Shown: piece by piece, positions 61,860-64,000 of the stretch
How the letters are laid out: each line of letters begins with the position of its first letter
Position numbering within the stretch: the first letter of the stretch is position 1
NCBI GenBank assembly: GCA_022605425.2
Contig: JAKIMF020000013.1
Coordinates: 186,001-250,000 of the forward strand
Reading direction: 5' to 3'
DNA from: Hamiltosporidium tvaerminnensis FI-OER-3-3
Lineage: Eukaryota > Fungi > Microsporidia
Length of the DNA stretch: 64,000 nt
Position numbers and translations under genes: made by a program
The notes under the pieces: generated by a model
Database searches by the model: none
Told to the model about the DNA's origin: nothing
The model's input: only the letters and a program-made list of their open reading frames with translations

Positions 61860-62786
61860 TTAACACTGCATATATAAGTTATGACAAATCTTTTCTTCGT
61901 TATATGAATCAATATCGTAATATTTAGAATCAAGTATTTTCTTATGTGGTGGGCATACTCTTGACAAACCCGTTTTATCTTTAATGGTAAGTTTCAAACA
62001 TCCATCTTTTAATATCTTATCAAAAAAATCTACATATGCGTTAGAATCTTTATACATATCTTGTTCTGTTTCTTTTTCTTGTCCGGATTTACTGTCATAT
62101 TTCATATCAGAATAGAGTTGGTCTCCACTGGATGTTTTTTCATCAATATGCGGATAAGATTCTTTAGGATCTTTGTATTTCGGATAGTAAAGATTATATT
62201 TAAATGAAATCTTATCTGAGGCCTGTCGTATAAGCTTTTCTACGGTTGTAACCATATCAGAATCTGGTTCATATTTATATGAAACGTTATTCATTGTGAA
62301 ATAAACCCTTGATTTTTCCTTTAGCAATATACATCTTTCTAAATCCTTTTTATTATCAAAATGACAAGTTATATATAAAAGCCCTTTAAAATCTTTACCA
62401 GGAAGGTTCTTATTATTTGCATCTTCGATACAACACATTTTACACTCAAAGGTAGTAAATTTTTTACCCATTTCTTGATCTGTATCGGATGATAATACAT
62501 TTATTGAACCATTTCCTTGACATAAATTGCACAAAAAATCTTCAAGTGCACCATAGTTGGTATTTTCACCATATTGTCCGTAATAACCCTCAGGATACTT
62601 ATCTACAGTATTTGTAGCATCTTTAATGTATTTAAGCGGATCTTTGTAATCACTTTCTTTGTAATCACTTTCTTTGTAATCACCTTCTTTATAATCACCT
62701 TTCTTACTGTCCGTTTCTTTATAATCACCTTTCTTATAATCAGTTTCTTTCTGAGAAGATTTTTCAGTAGAATTTTCTTTTTTCAT
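61860..62786 (-). CDS. ZPR1-like zinc-finger protein (single module) with N-terminal pentapeptide repeats
   Basis: CNLCQGNG...FECKMC, DLERCIL, VTTVEKLI and LTIKDKTGLSRV parallel the ZPR1 motifs CxxC...FxCxxC, DLxR, TTVEG and LxLDDPxGNS. Confidence 0.7.
   Translation of the reverse strand: MKKENSTEKSSQKETDYKKGDYKETDSKKGDYKEGDYKESDYKESDYKDPLKYIKDATNTVDKYPEGYYGQYGENTNYGALEDFLCNLCQGNGSINVLSSDTDQEMGKKFTTFECKMCCIEDANNKNLPGKDFKGLLYITCHFDNKKDLERCILLKEKSRVYFTMNNVSYKYEPDSDMVTTVEKLIRQASDKISFKYNLYYPKYKDPKESYPHIDEKTSSGDQLYSDMKYDSKSGQEKETEQDMYKDSNAYVDFFDKILKDGCLKLTIKDKTGLSRVCPPHKKILDSKYYDIDSYNEEKICHNLYMQC
62641..62750 (-). repeat. 15-bp coding tandem repeat (K-x-x-D-Y)
   Basis: KETDY KKGDY KETDS KKGDY KEGDY KESDY KESDY. 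Confidence 0.85.
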
Positions 62787-64000
62787 ATATTCTTAAACCA
62801 AGATATTTCCTCGTATATATAGTTTTACTATATTTTTTTGATTTGTTTTCGTAGAAAATCGAGATAAGGAAAACAATGTAAACTACCAATTGAATTTTAA
62901 CTTATAATTACTCATATATAGTAAAATTTATAAATAAGATAAAAACATAACATATCAAATCTTTATTGTACAATTCATAATACTATGTGATGCTATAGGA
63001 ATAAAAATTAACTGAATAATGTTTTCTTATCTATACTCTATGATTAGATACCAAGTGAATAAATATAAAAAAAAAACTTTAAAAATTTCTACTACTAGTT
63101 TAAAATATACCTTGATAAAACTTTCTAGGTTTTTCAGTATATAAAAACATCTTTCATATATACAATCAGATTCTATTTGATTATAATCCTTTAGAAGATG
63201 TATTGGAATATAACATATGCTTTTTTTGTCTTTAAAATTTCTTCCTTTTTTGATTGACCTGTTTTTGATATTTAATTTTTCCTCTATATTTTAAATTGAT
63301 ATAACGTTTCCAATTTATTCTTCGAGAGAGGTACATTAATCCTAAACTTTGTTTGCCATACACCCTTTTCGTCATTAATTTGTAGGAATTAATTAAAGTC
63401 TGTATTTTTCATGTATCTGATATTTAGATATTTGATTATTTTTGGTTCATTTTTAGAAAAATTTATAGACTTTGAGCTACCCGACATCTTAATGGCTAAA
63501 TGTTTAAGGAACTATAAAATGAAGAAAACAAAACAATCAAGTTTAATATAACGAAATGATATCATAAACGAGCTCATAAGAGTTAGAGTAAATTTGAAGA
63601 ATATCATCTAATATTTTAAAAATCTTAGATTATAATATTAAATCTATAAAAACTTAAAAGCCTTCTAGCATAGCCGAATTTTTTATTTTCTATAATTTTT
63701 ATGGTATAATGATAGTTTTAAAAATTTCACACCGATTTACATAAGAAATTTATTTGTAGTGCTTTCGTATCCCAAATAAATATTCTTAATAATTATTTAT
63801 AGTGCTGTATTATGCAATCAAATTATTTTTACAATCGATCTCTTTCCTATATAACAACTATTTTTTATGCTATAATAGGTTTTTTCAATGTATGCTAAAA
63901 AATATTCAATTGAACATTGTCGAATCAAACTGAAATCTTGAGTTTTTTGTAATAAAACCATTATTTAATATTTACCTCAGATATTTCAAGCTTATAGATA

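Noticed and set aside
1-64000. tRNA or rRNA genes
   Set aside because: None recognised by eye; a tRNAscan-SE or barrnap run would be needed to exclude them.

Overview
Very AT-rich, gene-sparse eukaryotic DNA with no evident introns. It is most consistent with a large-genome microsporidian (Hamiltosporidium-like), inferred from compact divergent housekeeping genes and CCC-like motifs just upstream of start codons. Host genes: a HECT E3 ligase (5'-partial), CCT5, POP5, UTP22/NOL6, PRI2, YTH1/CPSF30, RCD1/CNOT9, a zuotin-like J protein, a single-module ZPR1-like protein, a disrupted secreted LRR gene and a few hypothetical ORFs. Much of the rest is mobile DNA: one intact R4/Dong-like RLE non-LTR retrotransposon with two full-length dead copies and three older fragments, a decayed RTE-like LINE, a decayed Tc1/IS630 transposon and two hAT relics. 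The most interesting signals are (i) a non-coding, hairpin-rich ~720-730 bp retroposon present as three full copies plus truncated and fold-back copies with target-site duplications (TSDs), (ii) a ~100-nt 5' head (GTGG..GGATAACCAC) shared between that element and a ~220-bp (TAAG)n-tailed SINE, and (iii) the R4-like element beginning exactly at its ATG with no 5' UTR. All homology calls come from motif recognition by eye; no searches were run.
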